A stretch of 64,000 nucleotides of DNA from an uncultured Acidobacteriota bacterium (lineage in GTDB: Bacteria; Acidobacteriota; Thermoanaerobaculia; Gp7-AA8). Each line of letters starts with the position of its first letter. Position 1 is the stretch's first letter. Under the pieces are notes generated by a model, which made no database searches, was not told where the DNA came from, and worked only from the letters and a program-made list of their open reading frames with translations. Made by a program: the position numbers and the translations under genes. This document shows, piece after piece, positions 47,123 to 62,396 of the stretch. The stretch lies in contig CAVUKB010000010.1 in NCBI GenBank assembly GCA_963741955.1, positions 128,001 to 192,000 on the forward strand. The letters are read 5' to 3'.

Positions 47123-49216
47123 GTGAACGTCTCGGAGCCATCAATTCGAAGCCGCTCGTTCGCGGGCGGTGTCATGCTGATCATCGTCGCGGTCGGATTC
47201 GCACTGAGGCTTCGCATTCAGAACGGCGCCGCACTTCCGAGCAGCGATCCGGTGCTGTGGCACCTGGTGGGCCTGGTTCAGGACCTCGCCGTGGGAGCGG
47301 TGGTGGCGTTGCTGGTTCTCGGGTCCGGGTTCAGTCGCAGATTCGAACGAGTCGGCCGGTGGGCGGCCGGCTCGCTGGTCCTTTTCTTCTCCCTTGCCGG
47401 ACTGGCGCGATCCGAGGCGATCATTCTGTTCGGAATGACGCCCCAGGCGGCTGACTTCGAAACCGGACCGGTGGGGACGGTGATCATTCGCTCGATCCGT
47501 GGATCGACCGGTCTGCTGCTTGCCATCACACTGGTGCTGGTCTGCGCCGCCCTCCTGATCGTGGCAATCCGGGCGAAGCGAGCGGTGCGGACATTTCAGA
47601 CACTCCGCGGTGCGGCTGCTGTTGCCGTGTTGTCCGCTCTCTTTCTGGCGCTCTTTCCGGTCCACTCGATTCACCGGGTCGAGACCGCGGAGGATCCTCT
47701 GGTCAGCCTGGTGCAGTTGGTCCGTGACCACCGAGAAGCCGAAGATGACACCGAGCTGCGACTGCGCGCTCCAGAGCTTCCCATTACGGCGGTCCGCGCA
47801 CTGATCGCTGGACAGCGTGGATCGGCGTTCACGGACCGGGATTTTCCGCTCGCGCACCTGAATGGTGTGCGCTCTCCGGATGCGCCGACTCTCCCGGCGG
47901 GATTCAAGCCCAATATCGTCTTTTTCGTCGTAGAGAGCCTTCGGGCGGAAGAAGTCGGATGCTACGGTGCTAACGTGCGGGGGGTCACACCCAACGTCGA
48001 CGCTCTCGCGGCGGAAGGAATCCGGATCGAGGACGTCTACAGTGCCGGGACCTACACGCCCGCTGGAGAGCTGGCCCTCTGGTATGGCCTGCTTCCGATT
48101 CCGGGCGAGATGCTGATGACTCGGCATCCGCTGACGAGGCTGACGGGCCTGCCGGAGATGCTTCGTGCCGCCGGTTGGAAATCGTTCCTGTGGATCTCCA
48201 ATACCGATCAGACCTTTTATCACCGCGCTCGATTCTACCGGCCGCGCGGGTTTCAGATGTTCGACGGGACCGACTTTCCGACCGATGACCCGAGGGTGAA
48301 CTGGGGATATTCCGACCGGGCGCTGGCGCGGCACGCAGTCGATTCAATCACGCGTCTGCAGGAACCGTTCGCGTCGATGGTCCTCACTGTGGACAATCAT
48401 CATCCGTATCAACTCCCTCCGGACGCAGGACCGAAATTGACCGGTCTCCCGTCTCCGAAACATGGGTATCGTCTGTTTCCGGGATCGGATCAGGCGTTCG
48501 GGCTTCACTCGAGCCAGATGATTCAGACGGTCCACTACTCGGATGAGGCACTCGGAGACTTCATCCAGCTCGCCCGGAAGCAGCCTTGGTTCTCGCGCAC
48601 GATTTTTGTGATCAGCGGCGATCATGGAATTCCGGTGGCGCCGCTCGGACGAGAGATCTCGACGATCCACGATCTCGCCGGGCTGCGGCATCACATTCCA
48701 CTGGTCTTCTATTCGCCGCTGCTACCGAAGGGGAGGGTCGTTCCCGGGCCGGCGAGCCAGGTCGATGTCATGCCGACGCTTCTCGGGCTGATGGGGATCG
48801 GAAGTCGGGCCCCGTCGATCGGGATCGACTTACTGGATCAGAAGAGATTCAATCCGGACCGCGCGGTCGTGTCGTGGAGCGAGCACGAGCGGATGCTGAA
48901 TATTGCGAAGGGGGATCTCGTCTATCACGCGGTGATCCCGGTGCGAGGTCTCAGCGGCGGATCCGAGCCGGTGGATGAGATCCTGATCAACTCGAAGAGG
49001 GATCCGGAAGGGAGGCGGAACCTGGCGACGGAGGAGCCTGGTACGATCGAGACGTTCCGGCGGATCGCAAGGGCGTACGACGAGGTCTATCCGTGGATCG
49101 TGCTGAACGGAGAATCGGGCCTTCCGCCCTCGGGGGGATCCGCAGAGGAGTCGGGTCCGGCTGGCCTTGGGCTGAGGCGCGCGAGCCGATCTCGCGTCTC
49201 AGTCGGTGCGGAATAA
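47123..49216 (+). CDS. LTA synthase-like membrane sulfatase/phosphoglycerol transferase family protein
   Basis: About 5 N-terminal TM segments; PNIVFFVVESL, TPNVD, GTYT (Thr nucleophile), NHHPY, GDHG, SQVDVMPTLL; start uncertain. Confidence 0.85.
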   Translation: MNVSEPSIRSRSFAGGVMLIIVAVGFALRLRIQNGAALPSSDPVLWHLVGLVQDLAVGAVVALLVLGSGFSRRFERVGRWAAGSLVLFFSLAGLARSEAIILFGMTPQAADFETGPVGTVIIRSIRGSTGLLLAITLVLVCAALLIVAIRAKRAVRTFQTLRGAAAVAVLSALFLALFPVHSIHRVETAEDPLVSLVQLVRDHREAEDDTELRLRAPELPITAVRALIAGQRGSAFTDRDFPLAHLNGVRSPDAPTLPAGFKPNIVFFVVESLRAEEVGCYGANVRGVTPNVDALAAEGIRIEDVYSAGTYTPAGELALWYGLLPIPGEMLMTRHPLTRLTGLPEMLRAAGWKSFLWISNTDQTFYHRARFYRPRGFQMFDGTDFPTDDPRVNWGYSDRALARHAVDSITRLQEPFASMVLTVDNHHPYQLPPDAGPKLTGLPSPKHGYRLFPGSDQAFGLHSSQMIQTVHYSDEALGDFIQLARKQPWFSRTIFVISGDHGIPVAPLGREISTIHDLAGLRHHIPLVFYSPLLPKGRVVPGPASQVDVMPTLLGLMGIGSRAPSIGIDLLDQKRFNPDRAVVSWSEHERMLNIAKGDLVYHAVIPVRGLSGGSEPVDEILINSKRDPEGRRNLATEEPGTIETFRRIARAYDEVYPWIVLNGESGLPPSGGSAEESGPAGLGLRRASRSRVSVGAE

Positions 49217-49224
49217 CTCTCCTC

Positions 49225-49253
49225 TTGCGTTCCGTTAGGCAACTTGCTATAAG
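49225..49253 (+). promoter_or_regulatory. Sigma-70 promoter of the tRNA cluster
   Basis: TTGCGT-N17-TATAAG with TG upstream of the -10 box. Confidence 0.6.
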
Positions 49254-49333
49254 GCTCAGTTCCCGACGCCTCGACGATCGGAGGCTGGGATACGCGCGCG
49301 TCCGGCGCGCGATAACTCATTGAAATATCGAGC

Positions 49334-49409
49334 GCTGGCATAGCTCAGTTGGTAGAGCAGCTGATTTGTAATCAGCAGGTCGCGGGTTCGAGTCCCGTCG
49401 CCAGCTCCA
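49334..49409 (+). tRNA. tRNA-Thr(TGT)
   Basis: Cloverleaf, anticodon loop TTTGTAA, TTCGAGT T-loop, encoded CCA. Confidence 0.96.
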
Positions 49410-49478
49410 GACAAGAGTGTCGAGGTCCGCTGCGCCGGAAGGCCGGGCGGGTGGGGCTCGAGAGAGTTTGGTGAAAGT

Positions 49479-49565
49479 GGAGGCGTGCCCGAGTGGCTAA
49501 AGGGGGCAGACTGTAAATCTGTTGGCGTAATGCCTACGGTGGTTCGAATCCATCCGCCTCCACCA
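49479..49565 (+). tRNA. tRNA-Tyr(GTA)
   Basis: Long variable arm, loop CTGTAAA, encoded CCA. Confidence 0.97.
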
Positions 49566-49593
49566 TCAATTCATTTGTGTTCATTCGAGGTAA

Positions 49594-49668
49594 GCGGGAG
49601 TAACTCAGGGGTAGAGTCACAGCCTTCCAAGCTGTTGGTCGCGGGTTCGAATCCCGTCTCCCGCTCCA
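49594..49668 (+). tRNA. tRNA-Gly(TCC)
   Basis: GCGGGAG/CTCCCGC acceptor stem, loop CTTCCAA, CCA. Confidence 0.97.
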
Positions 49669-49738
49669 TTTTGCGGTTGATCGCGGCAGTCCGCCGCCGA
49701 ATTGGCGGGATGGTTGCCGAGAGCCGAAAGGCTCGAGC

Positions 49739-49813
49739 GCCCTCGTAGCTCAGGGGTAGAGCACGTCCTTGGTAAGGACGGGGTCACGAGTTCAAATCTC
49801 GTCGAGGGCTCCA
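49739..49813 (+). tRNA. tRNA-Thr(GGT)
   Basis: GCCCTCG/CGAGGGC acceptor stem, loop TTGGTAA, CCA. Confidence 0.97.
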
Positions 49814-49915
49814 TTTCCGTGGTCGAACTAAAGTGAGCGTCGCCGGGACGGGTCGAACGGCTCCGGGGTGGAACCACCGGGGCGGGCCCTGTCGTCGTGG
49901 CGTTTTGGAGAACAG

Positions 49916-50074
49916 ATGGCAGCAATTCGAGAAATCATTTCGCTTCAGTGCACCGAGTGCAAGCGTCGTAACTATTCGACGACGAAGAACCGCAAGAAGA
50001 CGACCGAGAAGCTCGAGCTGAAGAAGTTCTGCCGCTTCGACCGTCGGCACACGGTACACCGCGAAGCCAAGTAG
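49916..50074 (+). CDS. rpmG: 50S ribosomal protein L33
   Basis: [37 protein letters not shown]; GGAG RBS. Confidence 0.97.
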   Translation: MAAIREIISLQCTECKRRNYSTTKNRKKTTEKLELKKFCRFDRRHTVHREAK

Positions 50075-50142
50075 GAATAAGCCGTCGCCGGTCCGGATTG
50101 GAGCGGCCGGAATCGATCGGACTGACGGGCGGAGGAGAGTTC

Positions 50143-50218
50143 AGGCCAGTAGCTCAATTGGCAGAGCACCGGTCTCCAAAACCGGCGGTTGGGGGTTCAA
50201 GTCCCTCCTGGCCTGCCA
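50143..50218 (+). tRNA. tRNA-Trp(CCA)
   Basis: AGGCCAG/CTGGCCT acceptor stem, loop CTCCAAA, CCA. Confidence 0.97.
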
Positions 50219-50268
50219 GCCCCTCCGGGCGACGGGTTCGAGAGCAGAAAGAGATCACTGGAGTCGAG

Positions 50269-50493
50269 ATGGAATTCGCACCCAAGCAGTGGTGGCAGAC
50301 GTGGACGGGCTTCTGGCATGAGACGAAGGCCGAGATGCGAAAGGTCACCTGGCCGAATCGCAACGAGGTGGTCGGAACAACGGGGGTCGTCCTCATCGCG
50401 ACGATCTTTTTCGGCGTATTTCTCTGGGTCTGCGATCTCGCGTTCTACCACGCGCTATCGGTTCTTTTTGGTTGGTTTGGCGCGAGCGTTTAA
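50269..50493 (+). CDS. secE: Preprotein translocase subunit SecE
   Basis: EMRKVTWP plus a single TM; canonical position before nusG. Confidence 0.95.
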   Translation: MEFAPKQWWQTWTGFWHETKAEMRKVTWPNRNEVVGTTGVVLIATIFFGVFLWVCDLAFYHALSVLFGWFGASV

Positions 50494-50498
50494 AAATT

Positions 50499-51068
50499 AT
50501 GGCTGAGATGCAGTGGTTCATCGTCCACACCTATTCCGGATTCGAGGAGAGGGTGAGGGAAAATCTCGAGCAGCGCATCGAGGCGCTCGGGATGCGCGAG
50601 AAGTTCGGCGAGATCCGGATCCCCACCGAGACGCTGATCGAGATGCGTGGCGGAAAGAAGCGCGAAGTGCAGCGCAAGTTCTTTCCCGGCTACATTCTCG
50701 TCCAGATGCAGATGGACGACGACGCCTGGCATCTGGTGAAGAACACGCCGAAGGTGACCGGCTTCGTCGGGACCGGGAAGAAGCCGACTCCGCTGACTCA
50801 GGAAGAGGTGGACGGAATTCTCACTCAGGTCGTTTCGACCAAAGAGAAGCCGAAACCGAAGCACGTCTACGAACATGGCGAGCACGTGCGGATCACGGAC
50901 GGACCGTTCACGAACTTCACCGGTGTGGTGGAAGAGGTCAACCTCGACCGGAACACTCTGAAGGTGATGGTCACGATCTTCGGCCGGTCGACCCCGGTCG
51001 AGCTCGACTTTCTCCAGGTCACCCGCTACGACGCCGCAGAGGAACAGACGGGCGCATCGAAGAAATGA
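50499..51068 (+). CDS. nusG: Transcription termination/antitermination factor NusG
   Basis: [33 protein letters not shown]. Confidence 0.98.
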   Translation: MAEMQWFIVHTYSGFEERVRENLEQRIEALGMREKFGEIRIPTETLIEMRGGKKREVQRKFFPGYILVQMQMDDDAWHLVKNTPKVTGFVGTGKKPTPLTQEEVDGILTQVVSTKEKPKPKHVYEHGEHVRITDGPFTNFTGVVEEVNLDRNTLKVMVTIFGRSTPVELDFLQVTRYDAAEEQTGASKK

Positions 51069-51118
51069 ATTGAAGATCCCGCGGCGAACTCGATTCGCCG
51101 CTCTGAAGGAACCGACTT

Positions 51119-51544
51119 ATGGCGAAGAAAATCACCGGATTCATCAAGCTGCAGATTCCTGCCGGCCAGGCGACCCCGGCCCCCCCGGTGGGACCGGCGC
51201 TCGGTCAGCACGGCGTGAACATCATGGAGTTCTGCAAGACCTTCAATGCACGCACCCAGAGCCAGCAGGGGCTGATCATTCCGGTCGTGATCACGGTCTT
51301 CTCCGACCGCTCGTTCACGTTCGTGACCAAGACTCCTCCTGCGGCGATTCTTCTTCTTCGGGCCGCAGGCGTGCAGAAGGGGTCGGGAACTCCGAACAAG
51401 ACGAAGGTCGCCTCGGTCACTCGCGCGCAGGTCGAGGAGATTGCGAAGACCAAGATGCCCGATCTGAATGCGGCGTCGCTCGAGACCGCGGTGAAGACGG
51501 TCGAAGGAACTGCGCGTTCGATGGGCATCGAGATCCAGGGCTGA
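51119..51544 (+). CDS. rplK: 50S ribosomal protein L11
   Basis: [27 protein letters not shown]. Confidence 0.98.
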   Translation: MAKKITGFIKLQIPAGQATPAPPVGPALGQHGVNIMEFCKTFNARTQSQQGLIIPVVITVFSDRSFTFVTKTPPAAILLLRAAGVQKGSGTPNKTKVASVTRAQVEEIAKTKMPDLNAASLETAVKTVEGTARSMGIEIQG

Positions 51545-51585
51545 ACAAAGTTCGGCGCCGCGACGATGATGCCGCGGTGCGAGAT

Positions 51586-51624
51586 CGTAGGAGACGGGAC
51601 ATCGATCCCGTCGCTCGGACTACG
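51586..51624 (+). promoter_or_regulatory. Putative L1-binding autoregulatory hairpin upstream of rplA
   Basis: CGTAG-GAG-acgggac-atcg-atcccgtcg-CTCGGA-CTACG stem with an asymmetric internal loop, abutting the rplA RBS. Confidence 0.55.
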
Positions 51625-51632
51625 GAGGTGAA

Positions 51633-52337
51633 ATGGCCAGACACGGCAAGAAGTATCGTGCAGCAGCCGAGAAGGTCGACGAGCGGCCGTACCAGTTGGA
51701 GGAGGCGTTCGATCTGCTCAAACAGATCGGGTTCGCCAAATTCAACGAGACGGTCGAGCTGTCGATGAGACTCGGCGTCAACCCGAAGCACGCGGATCAG
51801 ATGGTTCGCGGCACGACCGTGCTCCCGCACGGCACCGGCCAGACCAAGCGCGTGCTCGTCATTGCCTCGGGGGATAAAGTCCGCGAGGCCGAGGAAGCCG
51901 GAGCCGACATGACCGGCGGGGACGACATGGTCGAAAAGATCCAGGGTGGCTGGGTCGACTTCGATGCGGTGATCGCCACGCCGGACATGATGAAATCGGT
52001 CGGCCGGCTCGGAAAGGTGCTCGGTCCCCGCGGCCTGATGCCCAATCCGAAGACCGGAACCGTCACGTTCGATGTGACGAAAGCCGTCCAGGAGATCAAG
52101 GCCGGCAAGGTCGAGTTCCGCGTCGACAAGACCGCCATCATCCACGTTCCCGTGGGAAAGCTTTCCTTCTCACCCCAGCAGTTGAGTGAGAATGCGGAAG
52201 CCCTGATCCAGGCGGTGCGGAAGGCCAAGCCATCCGCGGCCAAAGGCAAGTACGTCCACTCGATCTACGTCGGCTCGACCATGAGCCCTTCCATTCAGAT
52301 CGATTCGGCCGCGGCCGAGCTTCAGGCGGCCGAGTAG
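51633..52337 (+). CDS. rplA: 50S ribosomal protein L1
   Basis: [29 protein letters not shown]. Confidence 0.98.
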   Translation: MARHGKKYRAAAEKVDERPYQLEEAFDLLKQIGFAKFNETVELSMRLGVNPKHADQMVRGTTVLPHGTGQTKRVLVIASGDKVREAEEAGADMTGGDDMVEKIQGGWVDFDAVIATPDMMKSVGRLGKVLGPRGLMPNPKTGTVTFDVTKAVQEIKAGKVEFRVDKTAIIHVPVGKLSFSPQQLSENAEALIQAVRKAKPSAAKGKYVHSIYVGSTMSPSIQIDSAAAELQAAE

Positions 52338-52346
52338 GAGGGGACC

Positions 52347-52883
52347 ATGAATCGCGACGAGAAGACTCAGTTCATCGAACAGATGCGCAACGGGGTCGGC
52401 GGTGCGACGAGCGCCTTCCTGATCCAGTTCAGGGGCATCAAGGTCCCCGAAGTCACCGAGCTTCGACGGCAGATCCGCGACACCGGATCCGACTACATCG
52501 TGGTGAAGAACACCCTCGCCATGATCGCGCTCAAGGATTCGCCGCTGATCGAGCTGCGCGAACAGTTCAAGGGTGAAACGGCGGTCGCGTACACCACGGG
52601 AGATGCCGTGGCGCTCGCGAAAGCAATCACCAAATTCGCCAAGGACGTCCCGGCAGTCACGTTCAAAGGGGCGATGCTCGACAGCCAGATCGTTCCGACC
52701 GAGCAGATCGACCAGATCGCGAACCTCCCCTCGAGGGAAGAACTGGTCTCCAGGCTTCTCTATCTGCTCCAGTCGCCGATCCGGAACCTCGTGACGTTGC
52801 TCTCCGCAAACCAGAGAAATCTCGCAATAGTGCTCGACCAGATCGCCAAGACGCGTTCGGGCTCTGCTGCGGAACAGGGTTGA
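52347..52883 (+). CDS. rplJ: 50S ribosomal protein L10
   Basis: LRRQ..VVKNTL, LPSREEL; position in operon. Confidence 0.96.
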   Translation: MNRDEKTQFIEQMRNGVGGATSAFLIQFRGIKVPEVTELRRQIRDTGSDYIVVKNTLAMIALKDSPLIELREQFKGETAVAYTTGDAVALAKAITKFAKDVPAVTFKGAMLDSQIVPTEQIDQIANLPSREELVSRLLYLLQSPIRNLVTLLSANQRNLAIVLDQIAKTRSGSAAEQG

Positions 52884-52920
52884 TTGAAAGTTACCAACAT
52901 CGAATTGGAGGCTGAACGCA

Positions 52921-53301
52921 ATGGCTATTTCCACGGAAGAATTCGTCAAAAATATTGAAGAGATGTCGGTCCTCGACCTGAACAACCTGGTCAAGGCCCT
53001 CGAAGACCACTTTGGAGTTTCCGCTGCTGCCGCGACGGTTGCCATGCCGGCCGCCGGCGCTGCCGCCGCTGCCGCCCCGGTCGAAGAGCAGACCGAGTTC
53101 ACGGTCGTTCTCACCGAGGTGGGCGACAAGAAGATCAACGTCATCAAGGCGGTCCGCGAAGTGACCAGCCTCGGCCTGAAGGAGGCCAAGGACCTGGTCG
53201 AGGGCGCTCCGGCCACCATCAAGGAAGGCGTGTCGAAGGACGAGGCCGAGAGTATCAAGAAGAAATTCGAAGAGGCCGGCGCCAAAGTCAACGTCAAGTA
53301 G
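52921..53301 (+). CDS. rplL: 50S ribosomal protein L7/L12
   Basis: FGVSAAA hinge, [24 protein letters not shown]. Confidence 0.98.
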   Translation: MAISTEEFVKNIEEMSVLDLNNLVKALEDHFGVSAAAATVAMPAAGAAAAAAPVEEQTEFTVVLTEVGDKKINVIKAVREVTSLGLKEAKDLVEGAPATIKEGVSKDEAESIKKKFEEAGAKVNVK

Positions 53302-53317
53302 CTGCTTTTTATCGAAC

Positions 53318-53350
53318 GGCGGGGGCCGCTTGCGCGGCCGCCCGCCTTTT
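53318..53350 (+). terminator. Terminator/attenuator after rplL
   Basis: ggcggg-ggccgc-ttgc-gcggcc-g-cccgcc followed by TTTT. Confidence 0.7.
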
Positions 53351-53650
53351 CCGTCCCTGGGAATATACGGGCTTCGGCCCCGGTAATGTCCTATGTCGGA
53401 CAGAATTTTGCATCCCACGGACGATTCGTACGCACGAATTGCTGCTGCTGCGACAAAAATTGCGAGCCTGGAAAGGGGGGGAGCGGCCCTTTCCCGAAGG
53501 CTCAGCGACCCGCGAACCTCTGCGCCGCGACGCCTGCGGCCAACCTCGCAACAATCCTGGTTCAGCCGGAGCTTTTCCGGTCAACTCTTCTTCAGAGGCA
53601 CGGGTGAATAGGCCTGTGTCGTCGACACTCATCGTAAGGAGCGTCTGCAC

Positions 53651-56600
53651 ATGAATGGATCCCTGCCGAAACAGGAGCCGGTTCGTCACGACTTCTCCAA
53701 AATCCGCAGCTACATGTCGTTGCCCAACCTCATCGACGTACAGCGGAAGTCGTACGAGCGGTTCCTGCAGATGAATCTGCTCCCCGAGGAGCGCGAAGAC
53801 GCCGGTCTGCAGTCAGTCTTTACGAGCGTTTTCCCGTTCTCCGATTTCCGGGAGACCTGCTCGCTCGACTTCGTCAAGTTCTCGATCGGGAACTGGGAGT
53901 GCAAGTGCGGCCAGCTCAAGGGGCTCGAGCACCTGCGCATGACCTGTGCGAACTGCGGAGCCAAGATCATCACCGAGCATCCTCACGAGGAGACCGTCGG
54001 CTGCCAGAAGTGCGGCGTGATCAACAAGAATCGGGTCGAGATCTGCGATATCTGCGGAAACCCGGTCGATCTGCAGATGAAGTACTCCGTCGAGGAGTGC
54101 CAGGAGCGAGGGATGACTTACAGCGTTCCGCTGAAGGTCACCTTCCGGCTCTACGTCTACGACAAGGATCCCGAGACCGGCGTCAAGCACATGCGCGACG
54201 CGAAGGAAGAGGAGGTCTTCTTCGGCGAGATCCCTCTGATGACCGACAACGGGACCTTCATCATCAACGGAACCGAGCGGGTCATCGTCTCCCAGCTGCA
54301 CCGCTCGCCGGGTGTCTTCTTCACCCGTGAGAGTGCGCACACGTTCCTCGCCAAGATCATTCCGTACCGCGGCTCCTGGGTCGAGTTCGAGTACGACCAG
54401 AAGAACATCCTGTACGTCAGAATCGACCGGAAGCGGAAGTTTCTCGGCTCGGTCTTCCTTCGCGCGCTCGGATTGACCACGGACGAAGAGATTCTCCGGC
54501 AGTTCTACACTCCGATCCGGCTGAAGGTGCCGACCTCCGGCGAGACCGTCGAGCTCACGTTCGACCGGCGGGTTCTCGATCAGGAGGAGGCGAAGGAGAA
54601 GCACTCCATCCGCGGCCGCCGCGAGATCCGTCCGATCTTCGCCGGGCTGAAGCTCGACAGGAAGATGTCGGACGCGCTCACCAAGAACGGTGAACACACC
54701 GCGAAGGTCGACTTCAGCGCGCTCGACAAGGCGGTCTTTCTCACCGACGTGGTCGACGTCAACAGCGGTGAGGTCCTCTTCGAATCCGGCGACAGCGTCT
54801 CGGCGGATTGGGTCGACGTTCTCCGCCAGCACGAAGTCTCGGAAGCGGAAGTGATCTTCCCCGAGTGGGACCTGGTCAGCGACATTCTTCTCAACACGGT
54901 CCGGAAGGACACCAGCAAGAGCTTCGAGGCGGCGATCATCGAGATCTATCGACGGATGCGTCCTGGTGATCCTCCCACCCTCGAATCGGCCAAGGCGCTC
55001 TTCGAAGGGATGTTCTTCGATCCGCGGAAGTACGACTTCTCGCGCGTCGGCCGTTTCAAGTTCAACATCAAGCTGGATCTCGAGACTCCGGTGACCCAGA
55101 AGACGATGACCGCGGACGACTTTTTCGTGGTCATCAACTATCTCCTTCGTCTCCGCAAGGACGTCGGCCGGGTGGATGACATCGACAACCTCGGCAACCG
55201 CCGGGTCCGCGCAGTCGGAGAGCTTCTCGAGAACCAGTTCCGGATCGGTCTGGTCCGGATGGAGCGCGCGATCAAGGAGAAGATGTCGGTCCATCAGGAC
55301 ATCGACTCGGCGATGCCTCACGACCTGATCAATTCCAAGCCGGTCATCGCGGCGATCAAGGAGTTCTTCGGGTCCTCCCAGCTCTCGCAGTTCATGGATC
55401 AGACGAATCCGCTCTCCGAGGTCACTCACAAGCGGCGCCTTTCGGCACTCGGACCGGGAGGCCTCTCCCGCGAGCGGGCTGGATTCGAAGTCCGCGACGT
55501 CCATCCGACCCACTACGGTCGAATCTGTCCGATCGAGACACCGGAAGGTCCGAACATCGGTCTGATCTCCTCGCTTGCGTGCTACGCACGGATCAACGAG
55601 TACGGATTCATCGAGTCGCCCTACAAGAAAGTGGAAGGCGGGCGGGTTCTCGATCACTACCGGATCATCAAAGTGGGGGATACGAACTTCCAGCTCGGGC
55701 AGATCGTCGAGAAGCGCGATCTGCAGAAAGAGAACAACCGGATCGCCAAGCTGAACGCGGAAGCGAGCTCGAAGAAGGCGGGCTATCAGCCGGCCGAAGC
55801 CGAGCCGTACGCGTTCTATCTCTCCGCGTGGGATGAAGAGCGGTACACCATCGCCCAGGCGAACGCGGTCACCGACGAAGACGGCAACCTGGTCCACGAT
55901 CGGGTCATCGCTCGGCAGGGAGGCGACTTCGTCTCCATCGAGCGCGAGAAGGTCGACTTCATCGACATCTCGCCGAAGCAGCTCGTCTCGGTCGCGGCAT
56001 CGCTGGTTCCGTTCCTCGAGAACGACGATGCGAACCGTGCACTGATGGGAGCGAACATGCAGCGCCAGTCCGTACCGCTGCTCCGTACCGAATCGCCGCT
56101 GGTCGGCACCGGCATGGAGAATGTGGTTGCCCGCGATTCGGGCGCCGTGGTGGTCTGCAAGCGCGGTGGCGTGGTCGATCTGGTGGACTCGAACCGGATC
56201 ATCGTCCGGGTCGAAGCCGAAGACGTCGAGACCGGCGAGACCAAAGAGTTCGGCGCCGACATCTATCAGCTGATCAAGTTCAAGCGTTCGAACCAGAACA
56301 CCTGCATCACCCAGAAGCCGGTCGTTCGCGAAGGACAGCGGGTCCGCAAGGGGCAGGTGCTCGCCGACGGGCCGTGCACCGACTCCGGAGAGCTCGCTCT
56401 CGGACGGAACATCCTCGTCGCGTTCATGCCGTGGCGCGGGAACAACTTCGAGGACGCGATCCTCGTCTCCGAGAAGCTGGTGAAGGAGGACTACTACACC
56501 TCCATTCACATCGAGGAGTTCGAGATCGAGGCCCGGGACACGAAGCTGGGACCGGAAGAGATCACCCGGGACATCCCGAACGTCTCGGAAGCCGCACTGC

Positions 56601-57937
56601 GCGACCTCGACGAATCCGGCATCATCCGGATCGGCGCGACGGTCAAACAGGGCGACATCCTGGTCGGAAAGGTCACGCCGAAGGGCGAGACCCAGCTGAC
56701 TCCGGAAGAGAAACTCCTCCGAGCGATCTTCGGTGAAAAGGCCGGCGACGTCCGTGACGCATCCCTGAAGACGCCTCCGGGCATCGAAGGGACGATCGTC
56801 GACGTGAAGATCTTCTCGCGCAAGGGCGTCGAGAAGGATGCCCGCGCGAAAGCGATCGAAGAAGGCGAGATCGAGCGGATGAACCGGAACATCCAGGACG
56901 AGATCCGGATCATCAACGACGCCCGCAACAAGAAGATCTCCGAAATTCTCGCCGACTACAAACTGCAGCGCGACCTGATCGACTTCCGTTCGGGCGAGAC
57001 GCTGGTCGCGAAGGGCGAGATGGTCGGACGCGACACGGTCTCGAAGCTCTCGCGCCGCGAGCTCCTCGCGATTCCGGTCGACGACGAAGCCCGCGAGACG
57101 GTGAGAATGTTCGTCGAGCGCGCCGAGAACCGGATCCGGGTTCTGGAACAGAAAGCCGAAGAGCGGCGCGAAGACCTGCAGAAGGGCGACGAGCTCGCCC
57201 CCGGCGTGATCAAGCTGGTCAAGGTCTACGTCGCCATGAAGCGAAAGCTCTCGGTCGGGGACAAGATGGCGGGACGCCACGGAAACAAGGGCGTCATCTC
57301 CAGGATCCTGCCGGAAGAAGACATGCCGTACCTGCCGGACGGGACGCCGGTAGAGATCGTTCTCAACCCGCTCGGTGTTCCGTCCCGAATGAACGTCGGA
57401 CAGATCCTCGAGACCCATCTCGGATGGGCGGCGAGGATTCTGGGTCTGCACTTCTCGACTCCTGTATTCGACGGGGCGACGGAGACGGAGATCAAGACGC
57501 AGCTTCGCGCTTCGGGTCTCCCGGACGGCGGAAAGACGCAGCTGTGTGACGGAATGACCGGCGAGCCCTTCGAACAGAAGGTGACCGTCGGCTTCATCTA
57601 CATGCTGAAGCTCTCGCATCTGGTCGACGACAAGATCCACGCGCGCTCGATCGGACCGTACTCGCTGATCACCCAGCAGCCGCTCGGTGGAAAGGCGCAG
57701 TTCGGAGGTCAGCGATTCGGTGAGATGGAAGTGTGGGCGCTCGAAGCATACGGGGCGGCGTATACCCTGCAGGAGCTCCTCACCGTCAAGTCTGACGACG
57801 TGGAAGGTCGCTCGAAGGTGTACGAGGCGATCGTCAAGGGCGACGTGCCGGAGGATCCGGGTCTTCCCGAGTCGTTCAACGTCCTCGTTCGCGAGCTGCA
57901 GTCGCTCTGTCTGGACGTCGAGCTGTTGAAAGAATAG
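53651..57937 (+). CDS. rpoB: RNA polymerase beta subunit
   Basis: [50 protein letters not shown]. Confidence 0.99.
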   Translation: MNGSLPKQEPVRHDFSKIRSYMSLPNLIDVQRKSYERFLQMNLLPEEREDAGLQSVFTSVFPFSDFRETCSLDFVKFSIGNWECKCGQLKGLEHLRMTCANCGAKIITEHPHEETVGCQKCGVINKNRVEICDICGNPVDLQMKYSVEECQERGMTYSVPLKVTFRLYVYDKDPETGVKHMRDAKEEEVFFGEIPLMTDNGTFIINGTERVIVSQLHRSPGVFFTRESAHTFLAKIIPYRGSWVEFEYDQKNILYVRIDRKRKFLGSVFLRALGLTTDEEILRQFYTPIRLKVPTSGETVELTFDRRVLDQEEAKEKHSIRGRREIRPIFAGLKLDRKMSDALTKNGEHTAKVDFSALDKAVFLTDVVDVNSGEVLFESGDSVSADWVDVLRQHEVSEAEVIFPEWDLVSDILLNTVRKDTSKSFEAAIIEIYRRMRPGDPPTLESAKALFEGMFFDPRKYDFSRVGRFKFNIKLDLETPVTQKTMTADDFFVVINYLLRLRKDVGRVDDIDNLGNRRVRAVGELLENQFRIGLVRMERAIKEKMSVHQDIDSAMPHDLINSKPVIAAIKEFFGSSQLSQFMDQTNPLSEVTHKRRLSALGPGGLSRERAGFEVRDVHPTHYGRICPIETPEGPNIGLISSLACYARINEYGFIESPYKKVEGGRVLDHYRIIKVGDTNFQLGQIVEKRDLQKENNRIAKLNAEASSKKAGYQPAEAEPYAFYLSAWDEERYTIAQANAVTDEDGNLVHDRVIARQGGDFVSIEREKVDFIDISPKQLVSVAASLVPFLENDDANRALMGANMQRQSVPLLRTESPLVGTGMENVVARDSGAVVVCKRGGVVDLVDSNRIIVRVEAEDVETGETKEFGADIYQLIKFKRSNQNTCITQKPVVREGQRVRKGQVLADGPCTDSGELALGRNILVAFMPWRGNNFEDAILVSEKLVKEDYYTSIHIEEFEIEARDTKLGPEEITRDIPNVSEAALRDLDESGIIRIGATVKQGDILVGKVTPKGETQLTPEEKLLRAIFGEKAGDVRDASLKTPPGIEGTIVDVKIFSRKGVEKDARAKAIEEGEIERMNRNIQDEIRIINDARNKKISEILADYKLQRDLIDFRSGETLVAKGEMVGRDTVSKLSRRELLAIPVDDEARETVRMFVERAENRIRVLEQKAEERREDLQKGDELAPGVIKLVKVYVAMKRKLSVGDKMAGRHGNKGVISRILPEEDMPYLPDGTPVEIVLNPLGVPSRMNVGQILETHLGWAARILGLHFSTPVFDGATETEIKTQLRASGLPDGGKTQLCDGMTGEPFEQKVTVGFIYMLKLSHLVDDKIHARSIGPYSLITQQPLGGKAQFGGQRFGEMEVWALEAYGAAYTLQELLTVKSDDVEGRSKVYEAIVKGDVPEDPGLPESFNVLVRELQSLCLDVELLKE

Positions 57938-58022
57938 CCGGGAGAGAGGTGGCGTCGGGCCAGCCCGGCGCTACGCCGCCAGATCTGGAAAAGTGGAACC
58001 GAACTCCGAAAGGGAGGCCAAA

Positions 58023-62201
<4,179 letters not shown>

Positions 62202-62227
62202 GAGTATCCGATCCACACTGACAATCG

Positions 62228-62258
62228 ACGGGCGGCCGCAAGGCCGCCCGTTCTTTTT
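62228..62258 (+). terminator. Rho-independent terminator after rpoC
   Basis: acgggcggcc-gcaa-ggccgcccgt-tcttttt. Confidence 0.9.
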
Positions 62259-62396
62259 GGCGTTACAATCGCTCGATCGATTCAGAGTCGGGCGGGATGT
62301 GACGCTGAATCTCGTTCGCCGGAAACGGGAGGCTCGCACCCGTTGAGTCATGTCGCTCGCATTCGCGGCGGCGCGACCGACAATGATCGAGCGATC

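Noticed and set aside
51070-51768. 232-aa ORF overlapping rplK, and similar off-frame ORFs in the ribosomal cluster
   Set aside because: Out-of-frame overlap with conserved ribosomal protein genes; no motifs.
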